Source of the DNA: an uncultured Thermococci archaeon
Lineage (GTDB): Archaea > Methanobacteriota_B > Thermococci > Methanofastidiosales > B48-G16
Assembly (NCBI GenBank): GCA_964595645.1
Contig: CAZQQT010000001.1
Location: forward strand, 128,001-192,000
DNA length: 64,000 nt
Direction of reading: 5' to 3'
Of this stretch, positions 19,212 through 30,447 are shown in pieces (positions within the stretch are counted from its first letter, which is position 1; each line of letters starts with the position of its first letter). Under the pieces are notes generated by a model. The model saw nothing but the letters and a program-made list of their open reading frames with translations. It did not search any database and was not told the DNA's origin. A program made the position numbers and the translations under genes.

Positions 19212-20873
19212 CTATCGTCCTACAATCTTCTTTATCATATTTCCATACGCTGGTCTTGTTATAAAGATACCGACGAGTATCCCAATAATAGTGACTATCG
19301 CGAACCCTCTCAACACACCCAGTTGCATGTACGCTAGAGGTGTCATGGCAATAACTGTAGTTGCCGCCGAGGCAAATATAATTGAAAAAGCTGCAGAGAC
19401 ACGTTTTACTAGGCTCTGTCGTGAGCGAGTTTTTCCTCGGAGTACCTCATCGGTAATGATTACCAGCTGGTCCACACCTGTACCCAATGTCGCGATAAGT
19501 CCTCCAATGGAAGGAAGGTCCAGCTGCTGAATTTGTGTTGCTATTCCCAGTACGATAAGTGTCTCGCTGAAGCCGGCAATCAGCAGGGGAATCACAATCA
19601 TACTCTCTTTATACCGCAGATATACGATAAACGCAACGGCGAGTATTGCGAGGATTATTGCAGAGAATACTCCTTTGAGGAAGTTTTTTCCAAGTACGGG
19701 ATCGACGTATCCTTCACTCACTATTTCTGGTTTCACAGGGAGAGAGCCTGCTCTCAGATGGGTTTCTAACTGTTGAGCTCTCTGTCTTGCTTCTTCACCT
19801 GTTCCGGTACTCGCGATTAATGTATTGTCAGTCCACACTCCACTTTTTATACTGGAGGCCAGTGACGTATTGAGAGGGGCCTTGAATACCTCCTTTTCAT
19901 CGAGGTACATGGCTATTGGATGGGCTTGCGGATTATCTGTAGCACCGTATTGAATCGTCATTTCAATGAATGTCTGAGCTGCCGAATTGGTGAGTTCAAA
20001 TGGTACCCCCCACGAACCTTGCATTCCTTCTCTTCTGTACGGACTGACTCTCTTGATTGAGGCACCTGTACAGATCCGTTCTGTTTTTGTCTCGTTGACG
20101 AATATTTTGATCTCGAATTTTCCTGGCTGTGCGACGTATTGACGTGCCTCTTCAAGGGGCATTCCGGCGAGATCAACGAGGATGTAGTCTTCCCCCCATG
20201 TTCTCACTCGTATATCCTTTAATCCGGCATAGTTCAGTTTTGTGTTAATGATATTCTTTGTCTGTTCTGTCGTGTGAGAAGATACACGATTTTCATAACT
20301 TATTAGTTCTATTCCTGCCTCATTTAATTGTTCCTCTAGTATTTCCTGAGATTTATTTTTTATTTCTTCTTCAGTCATCCCTTTCTTTTCTTCTTCGGAT
20401 AAAATAGGTCCTCGTATCTCGTATTTGCTCGTTTCGCCCTTTTCGAGAAGTAGAATTTCATGTTCTGTAATGTTTTCAAGGTACGATGCGATGGCACCTT
20501 CGTCTGTAATATTGAGCGTGACGGTGTTATCTTTGATTGTAGGTGTCCCGTATCCAAGCTCTTCTAGATTTTTGGCTGTTGCATTTCCATCTTTCACCGT
20601 AAATTCAATGGATTCTTCTCCCGAACTTGAGAGCTCGTATTGTTCTCCCAGTTCATAAGCGAGGATATCCTCTTTACTTCCTTGGAGTTCTACAATACTC
20701 CCCTCCAACCGTAGCTGTATGGATGAACCTCCGACGAAGTCCAGACCCATCTGGACATCCGTCGTAAAGTTTCCATTTTCATAGTTCGGGGAAATGGAAA
20801 TAACAGATAATACGATTGCAATGAGCAGTAAGATGATGCGGAAATCCTTGAAAAAGTCGAAGCGGGATCTCAT
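19212..20873 (-). CDS. secD: Protein translocase subunit SecD
   Basis: GLDFVGGS, LRAGSLPV, GTGVDQLVIITDE, LRGFA. Confidence 0.95.
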   Translation of the reverse strand: MRSRFDFFKDFRIILLLIAIVLSVISISPNYENGNFTTDVQMGLDFVGGSSIQLRLEGSIVELQGSKEDILAYELGEQYELSSSGEESIEFTVKDGNATAKNLEELGYGTPTIKDNTVTLNITDEGAIASYLENITEHEILLLEKGETSKYEIRGPILSEEEKKGMTEEEIKNKSQEILEEQLNEAGIELISYENRVSSHTTEQTKNIINTKLNYAGLKDIRVRTWGEDYILVDLAGMPLEEARQYVAQPGKFEIKIFVNETKTERICTGASIKRVSPYRREGMQGSWGVPFELTNSAAQTFIEMTIQYGATDNPQAHPIAMYLDEKEVFKAPLNTSLASSIKSGVWTDNTLIASTGTGEEARQRAQQLETHLRAGSLPVKPEIVSEGYVDPVLGKNFLKGVFSAIILAILAVAFIVYLRYKESMIVIPLLIAGFSETLIVLGIATQIQQLDLPSIGGLIATLGTGVDQLVIITDEVLRGKTRSRQSLVKRVSAAFSIIFASAATTVIAMTPLAYMQLGVLRGFAIVTIIGILVGIFITRPAYGNMIKKIVGR

Positions 20874-20875
20874 TT

Positions 20876-21775
20876 TTACCGCCTCCTCACTGGATATTTC
20901 TTTCCTTTGGACGATTCTCTAAGCAGGTACCATTTTAAAAGTCCCGCGTTGAACATCCACGTGTTCATGAGATCCACAGTAAGCCCCAAGGCCAAGATAG
21001 CAGCCATATCCATGAGAATATGGGTGCCGATCTCATAGGCAACAATAAAAAGAACGGTCATCGCCGCAATAGTCGTAAATGTCATTGTGAGTCCCGTCCC
21101 CATGGCTTCTCTTATTTTTTCATCTGTTTTCCCTCTTCTCTTCAACAATCGAGTGGTAAGGAGAATATCGCTGTCAACGGAGTAACCTATCATCATTAAA
21201 AGTGCTGCAATCGTCCCTAAACTCAATTTTATATTGAGGAGGTACATTATAGCCGCAGTGACAACGATGTCCGCAAAGGCAGAAATAATTACAGCAATGG
21301 AAGGGTACGGTGTTCTAAACACGATAAAAACGACAATAGTCATACCGATAAACGCGTAGAGGAGTGCTTCCATGGCCTGTCTTCTCAGATCTTCTCCAAG
21401 GGTGGCCCCCATATGTTCCGTACTCACCTTCGCATCAGGATATGTTGAGAGAATGGCTTCCTTCAACATGACAGAGTCAACTGATGCTGGGGCTTCAACT
21501 CTATACCTATCCCCCGAGCTCCTCACGGTGATTTCAGGGTCGTCAAACTCTTCTTGGAGCTTTTCTTCTAACGATCCCTCTTCAATTGTTATATTCTGAA
21601 TGTATGCCGCCGTTCCTCCTTCAAGTTCCATTCCATAGTCTATAGGTCTCCCCAAACGAAGGTAATTAGATCCTAGAAGGAGAAGAGCAATTATAAGCAC
21701 TGTTACTGGGATCAACATTAATTTTTTATAAGGGTATTTAGTAACATCTACCTTATCTATTATCTCCTTGAACAT
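20876..21775 (-). CDS. secF: Protein translocase subunit SecF
   Basis: GMELEGGT, IGYSVDSDILLTTR, DLMNTW.FNAG. Confidence 0.95.
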   Translation of the reverse strand: MFKEIIDKVDVTKYPYKKLMLIPVTVLIIALLLLGSNYLRLGRPIDYGMELEGGTAAYIQNITIEEGSLEEKLQEEFDDPEITVRSSGDRYRVEAPASVDSVMLKEAILSTYPDAKVSTEHMGATLGEDLRRQAMEALLYAFIGMTIVVFIVFRTPYPSIAVIISAFADIVVTAAIMYLLNIKLSLGTIAALLMMIGYSVDSDILLTTRLLKRRGKTDEKIREAMGTGLTMTFTTIAAMTVLFIVAYEIGTHILMDMAAILALGLTVDLMNTWMFNAGLLKWYLLRESSKGKKYPVRRR

Positions 21776-21846
21776 TGTATCTCTCCTAAATTATTTATAG
21801 TGTCGAATCAGTACAGTGCGTATATAAAGTTAACGGAGTTTTGCTC

Positions 21847-22590
21847 ATGATTTCAGAAGGAGATACAATACTGCTCATTGACAAAAAAGGGAAAAAATAT
21901 ATGAGGAAATGTAAAGGCGAGTTTCATTCGCACTATGGAGTGATGAATCTCGATGATCTTATAGGGAAAGAGTACGGTATCACTGCAAAAACTCATAAAG
22001 AGGAACGGTTTGCCGTGGTGGAACCCACCTTCATTGATTATATCGAGGAGATGAGAAAAATGCCGCAAATAATCCGGCCCAAAGATGCTGCGGTGATCCT
22101 CGCTGTCACCGGACTGAGTAGCGGCTGTAGAGTGGTGGAGGCAGGGGCGGGATCGGGAGCGCTCACTGTCTTTCTTGCTACTATTGTCGATCCGGGTCAA
22201 GTGTATAGCTATGAGATACGAGAAGACTTTGCACAGGTGGCCGAGAAGAATATCAACGGGTATGGACTCGATAATGTCTCTATAAAAGTAAAGGACGTGT
22301 ACGAAGGTATCGATGAGCGTAATGTGGATCTTGTGGCACTGGATCTGCCGGAGCCAGAAAAGGCACTGGAGACCGCGTACGAATCACTGAAATTTGGTGG
22401 ATTTGTTTTTGCGTACACACCGTCACTCGAACAGATGCTCCGCTTCAGAAAAAAAGCGAAAGATCACTTTCATGTGAGGACTGTAGAGTCTCTACTGAGA
22501 GAATATGAATCAAAAAAGATGGGAACAAGACCTAAAACGTTAATGATGGGCCATACAGGATTTTTAACCTTTGGAAGAAAAATATTTTAA
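21847..22590 (+). CDS. trmI: tRNA (adenine-N1)-methyltransferase
   Basis: PQIIRPKD, EAGAGSGAL, YEIREDF, LDLPEP, HTGFL. Confidence 0.93.
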   Translation: MISEGDTILLIDKKGKKYMRKCKGEFHSHYGVMNLDDLIGKEYGITAKTHKEERFAVVEPTFIDYIEEMRKMPQIIRPKDAAVILAVTGLSSGCRVVEAGAGSGALTVFLATIVDPGQVYSYEIREDFAQVAEKNINGYGLDNVSIKVKDVYEGIDERNVDLVALDLPEPEKALETAYESLKFGGFVFAYTPSLEQMLRFRKKAKDHFHVRTVESLLREYESKKMGTRPKTLMMGHTGFLTFGRKIF

Positions 22591-22744
22591 TTGCTATCAA
22601 CAAAAATAGTACTCCAGTGTCAATCCCCCACATGAATTCCGTTAATGGGCTTTTCGCGTCTGTTCTTTTGTGTTTAGAGCAAAAAGGGAGATTGTTTGGG
22701 ATCTTCCGAAAGTTTTTTTAATTTAGCTAGAGGCAGATAGTAAT

Positions 22745-24424
22745 ATGAGACCGATGCATTATGAAGAAAAACCTGAAGGCGAAATACGGCCGTACACAGG
22801 AACGGAGTTGCACTGCAAGACATGGGATGCTGAGGCCGCCCTCCGAATGCTCATGAATAACCTTTCTCCCGACGTCGCACTGGAACCCAATGAGCTTATT
22901 GTGTATGGGGGAAGTGGACGCGCCGCTAGGAACTGGAGAGAGTACAATAGGATTGTAGACGCATTGAAAAGATTAGAGTCCAATGAAACACTCTGTGTGC
23001 AGTCAGGAAAACCGGTATATATCGCGAAAACCTACGAAAGGGCCCCCAGAGTGATCATTGCAAACTCCAATATCGTCCCCAAATGGTCAACGCAGGAAAA
23101 TTTCAACAAGTACGATGAAATGGGGCTCATGATGTACGGGCAGATGACTGCAGGGAGCTGGATCTACATCGGTACCCAAGGGATTCAACAGGGCACCTAC
23201 GAGACCTATGCTGCCGCTGCACGACAGGAGTCTGGTTCCTCGATGAAGGGAAAACTCGTACTGACTGCGGGCATGGGCAACATGAGTGGTGCACAGCCGC
23301 TTGCTGCTACCATGAATAAGGGTGTGATCATCGATGTTGAAGTAAGGGAGAAACGAATCAAAAAGCGCGTGGATCAGGGGTCCTGCGATAGAATGACCCA
23401 TAGCATCGATGAAGCGATAGAGTGGGCATTGGACGCGAAAGAAAAGGGCGAGCCACTCTCCATCGGCCTTGTGGGGAATGCCGCAGAGGTCCACCCCGAG
23501 CTCGTAAAACGTGACATTATCCCCGATTTTGTCACGGATCAGACACCGGCCCACGATATCTACGAGTATATTCCTGTTGGCGATCTTGACGAGCTCGTGG
23601 AACTCCGAGAAGAAAATCCCGAGGAGTACAAGAAACGAGCACTAGCAGCTGTAAAGAAACACGTGAATGCGATTCTTGAAATGCAGAAACGAGGAGCTGT
23701 TGTATTTGATTATGGAAACAACCTGCGCGAACGGGCCGAAGAGGCAGGTGTTGAGATCGTGGATGGCGATGGAAAGTTGAAGTATCCTGGATTCGTGCCC
23801 GCCTACATCCGTCCGCTCTTTTGTGAGGGGAGAGGACCATTCAGATGGGCAGCGCTCTCCGGTGATCCTGAGGATATCTACAAAATTGATGATGCACTGC
23901 TAGAGCTCTTCCCAGGAGATGAAGTTCTCGCCCGATGGCTCAATTTAGCGAAAAAGAAGGTCCCCTTCGAAGGACTTCCGGCACGTGTCTGCTGGCTTGG
24001 ATATGGTGATAGAGCGAAGGCAGGAAAGATGATCAATGATATGGTATCAGACGGTACATTGAAGGCACCGGTAGTGATAGGGAGAGATCATCTGGATTGT
24101 GGAAGCGTCGCATCACCGTACAGAGAGACGGAGGAGATGAAGGATGGGAGCGATGCGATTGCAGACTGGCCACTGTTGAATTTTGCATTGAATACAGCCT
24201 GCGGCGCCTCATGGGTTTCCTTCCACAACGGAGGAGGTGTTGGAATAGGCCGAGCTCTCCACGCTGGATTTGTTATTGTAGCAGATGGTACAAAAGAGAG
24301 AGAAGAACGATTAAAACGTGTTTTAACAGCTGATCCTGGAATAGGAGTTGCACGGCATGTGGATGCAGGATATGACAAGGCGTTAAGAACTGCAGAAGAG
24401 AAAGGAGTGCATATACCTGATTGA
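22745..24424 (+). CDS. hutU: Urocanate hydratase
   Basis: [41 protein letters not shown]. Confidence 0.97.
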   Translation: MRPMHYEEKPEGEIRPYTGTELHCKTWDAEAALRMLMNNLSPDVALEPNELIVYGGSGRAARNWREYNRIVDALKRLESNETLCVQSGKPVYIAKTYERAPRVIIANSNIVPKWSTQENFNKYDEMGLMMYGQMTAGSWIYIGTQGIQQGTYETYAAAARQESGSSMKGKLVLTAGMGNMSGAQPLAATMNKGVIIDVEVREKRIKKRVDQGSCDRMTHSIDEAIEWALDAKEKGEPLSIGLVGNAAEVHPELVKRDIIPDFVTDQTPAHDIYEYIPVGDLDELVELREENPEEYKKRALAAVKKHVNAILEMQKRGAVVFDYGNNLRERAEEAGVEIVDGDGKLKYPGFVPAYIRPLFCEGRGPFRWAALSGDPEDIYKIDDALLELFPGDEVLARWLNLAKKKVPFEGLPARVCWLGYGDRAKAGKMINDMVSDGTLKAPVVIGRDHLDCGSVASPYRETEEMKDGSDAIADWPLLNFALNTACGASWVSFHNGGGVGIGRALHAGFVIVADGTKEREERLKRVLTADPGIGVARHVDAGYDKALRTAEEKGVHIPD

Positions 24425-24425
24425 A

Positions 24426-25895
24426 ATGTTGATCGATGGAGAGTCTCTGACAATCGAGGATGTTTATCGTGTGGCATGTGCAGAAGAAAAAGTCGAGCTT
24501 GCCGACATTGTACGAGACAAAGTAGAGAGGAGCAGAAAGATCGTAAAGGAGTATAGGGAAAAGGAAGAGGTAGCCTACGGTGTGACCACAGGATTCGGTG
24601 AGCTCTGCAACGTGTTCATTGACAAGGATCATGTAGATCAGCTCCAGAAAAATCTTGTACGAAGTCATTCTGCCGGTGTTGGCGATTATCTCGACGAGAA
24701 GTTTGTGAGGGCAGCAATGCTGTTACGTGCGAACTCCTTGGCCAAGGGCTACTCTGGTGTTCGTTATGAACTCATCGAGCGATTGCTCTCCCTTCTCAAC
24801 AACAATGTCATCCCATACGTTCCTGAGAAGGGTTCCCTTGGCGCATCCGGCGATCTCGCTCCCCTGGCACATATTGCACTTGTACTGATAGGTGAAGGTG
24901 AGGCTTTTCATCGCGGTGAACTCCTCAAGGCAGAAGATGCCTTGAAAAGGGCAGGAATTCAGGCGATCGATCTGAAGGCAAAGGAAGGATTGGCACTAAT
25001 AAACGGCACGCCGATCATGACTGCAATTGCCGCATTGTGTATCTATGAGGCGAAAATACTGTTCGATAATGCATTGAAGGCCGCAGCAATGAGTTTGGAA
25101 GCATTACGTGGCACTGCTCAAGCTCTTTTAGAGGAAATACAGCAAGTACGCCCCCAGAAGGGACAAATAATGGTGGCACAAACGATGATGGATCTTCTGG
25201 AGGGCAGTGAGAATATCCTAAGCCATCGGCACTGTGAGAAGGTACAAGATGCGTATACGCTCCGATGTATCCCACAAGTACTCGGTCCATCGCTGGAGAC
25301 CGTCGAGTACGCCAAGAACATTGTGACCATCGAGCTGAACTCCGCTACTGATAACCCACTCATTTTTGATGTTCCCCGTTCAGGCGGGAATTTTCATGGA
25401 CAGCCTATTGCACTCGCAATGGATTTTCTCAGTATTGCGCTTGCAGAGATAGGAAACTTCTCGGAGAGGAGAATTAATCGACTTATGAACTCGCATCTCT
25501 CGAATCTCCCCCCGTTTTTAGCGAAGAATTCAGGACTGAACAGCGGGTTTATGATAGCACAGTACACGGCTGCCTCTCTCGTTTCCGAAAATAAAGGACT
25601 AGCACATCCCGCCTCTGTTGACTCGATTCCTGTTTCTGCCGATCAGGAGGATCATGTCTCTATGGGAACAATTGCGGCCAGACAGTGCTATACAATCCTG
25701 CAGAATGTAAAAAATATTGTAGCAATCGAACTTTTGGCAGCGGCTCAGGGTATCGATTTCTTAGAGCATCCTTCAAGCCCCACAGTACAAAAAATCCATA
25801 AAAAAATACGAAAGAAAGTCTCATTTATGGAACAAGACCGTCCACCCTACAAAGATATAGAGAAAATACGATCGTTGATGGAAAAAAGCCTTTAA
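24426..25895 (+). CDS. hutH: Histidine ammonia-lyase
   Basis: MIO-forming GASGDLAPL, YGVTTGFG, QDAYTLRC, GGNFHG. Confidence 0.96.
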   Translation: MLIDGESLTIEDVYRVACAEEKVELADIVRDKVERSRKIVKEYREKEEVAYGVTTGFGELCNVFIDKDHVDQLQKNLVRSHSAGVGDYLDEKFVRAAMLLRANSLAKGYSGVRYELIERLLSLLNNNVIPYVPEKGSLGASGDLAPLAHIALVLIGEGEAFHRGELLKAEDALKRAGIQAIDLKAKEGLALINGTPIMTAIAALCIYEAKILFDNALKAAAMSLEALRGTAQALLEEIQQVRPQKGQIMVAQTMMDLLEGSENILSHRHCEKVQDAYTLRCIPQVLGPSLETVEYAKNIVTIELNSATDNPLIFDVPRSGGNFHGQPIALAMDFLSIALAEIGNFSERRINRLMNSHLSNLPPFLAKNSGLNSGFMIAQYTAASLVSENKGLAHPASVDSIPVSADQEDHVSMGTIAARQCYTILQNVKNIVAIELLAAAQGIDFLEHPSSPTVQKIHKKIRKKVSFMEQDRPPYKDIEKIRSLMEKSL

Positions 25896-26110
25896 ACAGC
25901 TTTTACCTCTTTTATTTCAGGTATTTTTTCTTTCAGGAGTTTTTCCACGTAGTTTTTAATCGTCAGTTGTGAGAGTGGGCATCCTGCACAGGCACCCTTA
26001 AGTTTTACCTCGACGATGCCATCGGTGTAATCGACGAACTCGACATCTCCTCCATCCCGTTGCAGTGATGGTCTCACTTCCTCCAGTACGTCCTTTATTT
26101 TTTCTTCCAT
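25892..26110 (-). CDS. NifU-C/Nfu Fe-S carrier
   Basis: VRPSLQRDGGDVE, GACAGCP. Confidence 0.9.
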   Translation of the reverse strand: MEEKIKDVLEEVRPSLQRDGGDVEFVDYTDGIVEVKLKGACAGCPLSQLTIKNYVEKLLKEKIPEIKEVKAV

Positions 26111-26197
26111 ACTACCATTACCAGCTTCTTCTTTATAAAGGCTACATACCCTATTTCTTTCTCATATCATCACGTGAAGCTCATCTTTTTTGAGATT

Positions 26198-26995
26198 TCA
26201 TCCAAAATGTATATCAAACTCTATATTTTTTTCCACCTTATATTCTTCGAGCCTCTTTCTTAGATTTTTCCAATAAGTGTGTTCTTGAGAAAAGGTTATT
26301 TCTCTGTATTTTTCAGTATACTCTGGAAAAAACTCATTGAGGATTCCTTTAATATTTTTCCAGTTTGGATCAGCCTCGTTATCCATACTCAACCCATATA
26401 TTCCAATTGTATCAGCATACTCCCAAACTGTATTAATTATCTCTTCTACATTAGTAATAAAAGGCATTACTGGACAAAGAACAACGTCTGTTCTGATTCC
26501 TCCCTTTTTTACTCTTTTTAGGACCTTAATTCTCCCTTTGTTCGAAGGAGCGTTGTATTCAAAAATTCTCCTTGTTGATTCGTCTTGAAATGCTAGAGAG
26601 AAACCAATGGAAGGATTTACCATTTTTGTATATAGATCTATGTCTCGTATCACTATGTCCGATTTTGTTAACATACCCGCTGAGAATCCGTTTTCTAGTA
26701 GTATCTCTAATGTTTCTCTTGTTTGTCCATATTCTTTTTCTATCGGCTGATAGGGATCTGAATTCCATCCCATATAGATTTTTTGGGGAGGAAGGCCTGA
26801 TAGTTCCGTACTCAGCTGCTTTTTATAGTCTTCATAGATTCTTATTTCATTCTTCCAATCTGTTTCAGCCTCGTTTAACGCATAACAGTAGTAACAATGA
26901 TGTTCACATCCTATGTAGGGATCTATCTGATAATTTAACCCTTCCAGGGGACACGAATCCAAGATTTTATCTTTTTTACAGGTGTTGACCTTCAT
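26198..26995 (-). CDS. Radical SAM protein (SplB/Rv2578c-like)
   Basis: DPYIGCEHHCYYCYA, SDPYQP.E, TKSD; likely start MKVNT at 26995. Confidence 0.85.
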   Translation of the reverse strand: MKVNTCKKDKILDSCPLEGLNYQIDPYIGCEHHCYYCYALNEAETDWKNEIRIYEDYKKQLSTELSGLPPQKIYMGWNSDPYQPIEKEYGQTRETLEILLENGFSAGMLTKSDIVIRDIDLYTKMVNPSIGFSLAFQDESTRRIFEYNAPSNKGRIKVLKRVKKGGIRTDVVLCPVMPFITNVEEIINTVWEYADTIGIYGLSMDNEADPNWKNIKGILNEFFPEYTEKYREITFSQEHTYWKNLRKRLEEYKVEKNIEFDIHFG

Positions 26996-27021
26996 ATCAA
27001 TTAATCCTAGTATATATTGAA

Positions 27022-27741
27022 TTACTTTTCCATCGCCATCCACGATCTCCACACCTCCGGCATCTTCTCGATGGCATATCGGAGTGATGTTCACGGCATA
27101 GTCTCTCTGCGATCCGTTACAAATCGGAACACTTCTTCGGGATAATGGTTGGCTGCTTCCTTCAGCATCCATCCGTATCCCTTCTGTACGAGATCCTCTT
27201 TGTCGTGTAAAAGGATATCCGCGATTTCAAAGGCACTGTCAAGTAACTGCTTTCTTCTGAGGGAGTAGATGAGTGAGACGGCGGATGCGCGTCTCATCCA
27301 TCTATTTTCTGATCTCGTCCATTTTTTAATCTTCGGAACGAGCTCGGGAAACCGGTAGATGAGGCACCCAAGAGCATGGGTACAGAGATCATCACACGAT
27401 CCCCATCCAGTAACATACTTTTTCAGCCACGATTCGAAGATATTGAAATCGGCCGGTTCATACTGTTTTTTCAACTGAAATGCCCATTGAAATGCAATTG
27501 TTCGTTCTTCACTGTTTCGGAGCTCCAGGAGATCTTCGCACAATGAAAATATTTCCTTTTTCGATCCCGAATCAATCTTTTTGTAGTATTTCGTGGCAAT
27601 TTTTCGTACTCTTTCCGTTTTTACACCGTAGCATGTTATTTTATCTGTTCTATCCTCCTTTTTCATAAACTGCTGTATACCTTTACGGTATTTTGGATCA
27701 ACGTACTGTTTCAGTTCTTGCATGATTTCTTCAATGATCAT
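27022..27741 (-). pseudogene. AlkD-like DNA alkylation repair protein with premature TGA (27091-27093)
   Basis: W..CD, W.RR, VQKGYGWMLKE; the frame continues MP*TSLRYAIEKMP, matching the family MPRT.LRYAIE tail, so CGA to TGA is likely. Confidence 0.75.
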
Positions 27742-28293
27742 TTCTTTCACCTGTAAGTTTTACGTGATGGAGACGTGTCAACGGAGGGGTATCGTGGAGG
27801 TACACGGAGAGCGTGTCAAGCACGAAGGTTCCCTCTACTCGCAAGGAGAGAATTTCGTTGACTGTTTTCTCCGAGGCCGATGAAAGCTGAAAAAGCGTGC
27901 AGTGCGGTTTGTACGGATAGGGATTCTCTGTAAGACGAATGTCAGAATTCACAATGCGTTTGTGGAGTGCGTGAAACTGTTCATCGTTTTTCAGTGCAAG
28001 AAAGAAGACATCGGTATCTGGGAATCGCGATACTTTCCCAAAAGATGTCTTTATTGGCGCAGTTTCAGCGGCAATCTCATCGAGCAGTGTAAAGGCTTCT
28101 TTCTTGTCTTGCGATGGATCGAACCCTCCCATCCCACTCGAACCCACTATTCCTATCTCTACCACCGTGGAGTTCACGAACCAACACACTCCTCACATAA
28201 ATCACTGTACCGTTCTCGAATAGCGGTGATTTTCTTCGCCATCTTCTTGGGGAGGTCCAACACCACATATGTATCGTGATCAAATGTCGTCAT
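27731..28293 (-). pseudogene. 2H-phosphoesterase (2'-5' RNA ligase-like) family, frameshifted near 28160-28210
   Basis: ATG 28293 overlapping the thiI end gives MTTFDHDTYVVLDLP...RERY, closing at TGA 28174; the rest (GSSG...YKPHCTL) is in another frame; the 563-bp span is not a multiple of 3. Confidence 0.6.
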
Positions 28294-29416
28294 CTTTAAA
28301 CTCTCGCATATCCGCGTATTCAACTGCCTTTTGTAGTAACTCAGTATTTATTCTAGATTCTAGTTCTACTATCTCCTGCAAATCTGCACGTAATTCTGGG
28401 TGATCGGCGATCATGAAAGAACAGCAGTCTTGGTGGGGGAGAATGGAAATTTTGTATGTTCCTATATCTCTTGCTGTGGAGATTATCTCGTTCTTGTTCA
28501 TGCCCATTAGTGGCGTGAGTATGGGAAGTGTTGATGCGTGATAAATCACATTGAGGTTTTCTATCGTCTGGGATGCAACCTGAGAGAGACTATCACCGGT
28601 GACAATCCCCTGTGCTCCTTCTTTTTCTGCAATCATATTCGCAATTTTTATCATGGTTCGCCTATACACGATCATTCTGTACTTTGAAGGAACGTACTGA
28701 ACAATTTCCCGCTGTAGTTCTCCGAAGGGGATAAGATAGAGTTTCGAGTGCAGTTGTACCGTGGTGAGTTGTTCTATGAGCTGTTCTACCTTTTCTTCAA
28801 CCCCGTGTGTTGCAATACTCTCATTGAGAAAATGGATGGATATCACAGATGCACCCCGTTTCATGAGGAGGTAGGATGCTACAGGGCTGTCGATTCCACC
28901 AGAGAGTAAGGATACTACTGTTCCACCTGTTCCAACTGGCAGTCCGCCGACTCCACGGATTTTTTCATTGTAGATATACGCTCTTCCACGGCATATCTCT
29001 ATATATACTGTTAGATCAGGGTCGTCGAGATCCACGTTTATATCTTTCTTTTTCACAATGTATTCTCCCACGACTTCGTTTACTTCCATTGAAGTTAGTT
29101 CGTACTGTTTGTTCGATCGTTTCGTCTCTATTTTAAATGTTTCCTCATGTTTAACGAGAGTCAGAGACGTGTTTTTTATTGTTTCTATATCGAGATTGCA
29201 TTCAATACAAGGAGCAAAATACGCTATCCCAGGAAACAATCTCAGTCGTTTCTTTATTTTTTTATTGAAAGAGGATAAAATTAGTCTGTTTTCTCGTTTT
29301 TCTATGCTGAAATTCGGAAAAATTTTTTTAAGGTTAGAGATAAGTTTGTTTTCAAAATACACTTTATTTTTACCTTTTAAAAATATCTCATTGTAGTGGA
29401 TTACCGTACAGTTCAT
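28280..29416 (-). CDS. thiI: tRNA 4-thiouridine(8) synthase
   Basis: THUMP domain, GGLPVGT, SGGIDS PP-loop, QVASQT, DCC. Confidence 0.93.
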   Translation of the reverse strand: MNCTVIHYNEIFLKGKNKVYFENKLISNLKKIFPNFSIEKRENRLILSSFNKKIKKRLRLFPGIAYFAPCIECNLDIETIKNTSLTLVKHEETFKIETKRSNKQYELTSMEVNEVVGEYIVKKKDINVDLDDPDLTVYIEICRGRAYIYNEKIRGVGGLPVGTGGTVVSLLSGGIDSPVASYLLMKRGASVISIHFLNESIATHGVEEKVEQLIEQLTTVQLHSKLYLIPFGELQREIVQYVPSKYRMIVYRRTMIKIANMIAEKEGAQGIVTGDSLSQVASQTIENLNVIYHASTLPILTPLMGMNKNEIISTARDIGTYKISILPHQDCCSFMIADHPELRADLQEIVELESRINTELLQKAVEYADMREFKDDDI

Positions 29417-29418
29417 GG

Positions 29419-30447
29419 TTACTCCAACCCTTTGAAGAATGCGGGCCAAAAGGGGTCTTGTTCTGGAATTCTCAATGTCTCTTCTTTCCCATTGTGTCTC
29501 ATGATTGTTCTCCCTTCTTCCTTTGGCACAACATCTCCAATAATAGAGGAGGAGATGTTCTCTCTTTTAAGTTTTGTTACGATGTTGTTTGCATGTTCTT
29601 CCGGAGCTGTAATGAGAAGTGTCCCTTCTGAGATGGCTTCCAGTGGATCGATGTTGAGGAATTCCATCACACGTTTTACCTCGTCCGGACAGACGATTTT
29701 CTCTTCCTCCACGCGCATCCCCCTATTAGACGCATGGGCAATCTCAAAAAGTCCACCGATCACCCCTCCTTCAGTAGCGTCGTGCATGGCAGTGACCCCG
29801 CACGCCATTGCGGTGAGTGCATCCTTCACCACAGTCATATTGTGAAGATGATCCTTTGCCTTTTCTACTATTGTGTCGGGGAGTTCACGACGCAGTTCCT
29901 CCTCGTAAATGATCGCGAGGAGTCCGGTTGCTTCGATGGCTGGTCCCTTGGTGAGAATGATTTTGTCTCCGATTTCTGCACCCTTCGGTGTGACGTAACT
30001 ATTTTTCCCTGTGATTCCCCATACTGTAACCCCACCGATAATGGGTGTATTCACGGTAGGATAGTATCCAGTATGGCCTCCGCAGATGCAGATGTTCAGA
30101 TCCTTCGCTGTTTCGTGGATAGAGTCTACGATATTTGTGAGATCGTTCTCCGTTGTTTCTGGCGGCATGAGGAGGGAGTAGGTCATGTATTCAGGGTCCA
30201 CTCCCATAACTGCGATATCCGAGGCACCAATATGGACGATATACCATCCAAAGGTATCCAATGGCTGTTGCGGCACGGGAAATATTGGATCTTCGGCAAT
30301 CACAAGCACGTTATCATCTCCGATATCAATGACAGCGGCGTCTACCCCAGTTTGCGGCGGTACAAGGATATTTTTGTTTGTTGCACCAAGTCGCCTCGTC
30401 ACAATCTTCTCAAAGGCATCGAGGCTAATCTTTCCTATTTTTGGCAT
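29419..30447 (-). CDS. AIR synthase-related (PurM/HypE-like) protein
   Basis: GVDAAV, GASDIA.MG, GGHT, MHDATEGG, ISEGTLL. Confidence 0.85.
   Translation of the reverse strand: MPKIGKISLDAFEKIVTRRLGATNKNILVPPQTGVDAAVIDIGDDNVLVIAEDPIFPVPQQPLDTFGWYIVHIGASDIAVMGVDPEYMTYSLLMPPETTENDLTNIVDSIHETAKDLNICICGGHTGYYPTVNTPIIGGVTVWGITGKNSYVTPKGAEIGDKIILTKGPAIEATGLLAIIYEEELRRELPDTIVEKAKDHLHNMTVVKDALTAMACGVTAMHDATEGGVIGGLFEIAHASNRGMRVEEEKIVCPDEVKRVMEFLNIDPLEAISEGTLLITAPEEHANNIVTKLKRENISSSIIGDVVPKEEGRTIMRHNGKEETLRIPEQDPFWPAFFKGLE

Noticed and set aside
22591-22744. Riboswitch upstream of hutU
   Set aside because: Only a weak imperfect stem (CAATCCCCC/GGGAGATTG); no recognisable aptamer
27091-27093. Selenocysteine at the in-frame TGA
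   Set aside because: The position corresponds to Arg of MPRT.LRYAIE, not Cys; CGA to TGA is the simpler explanation
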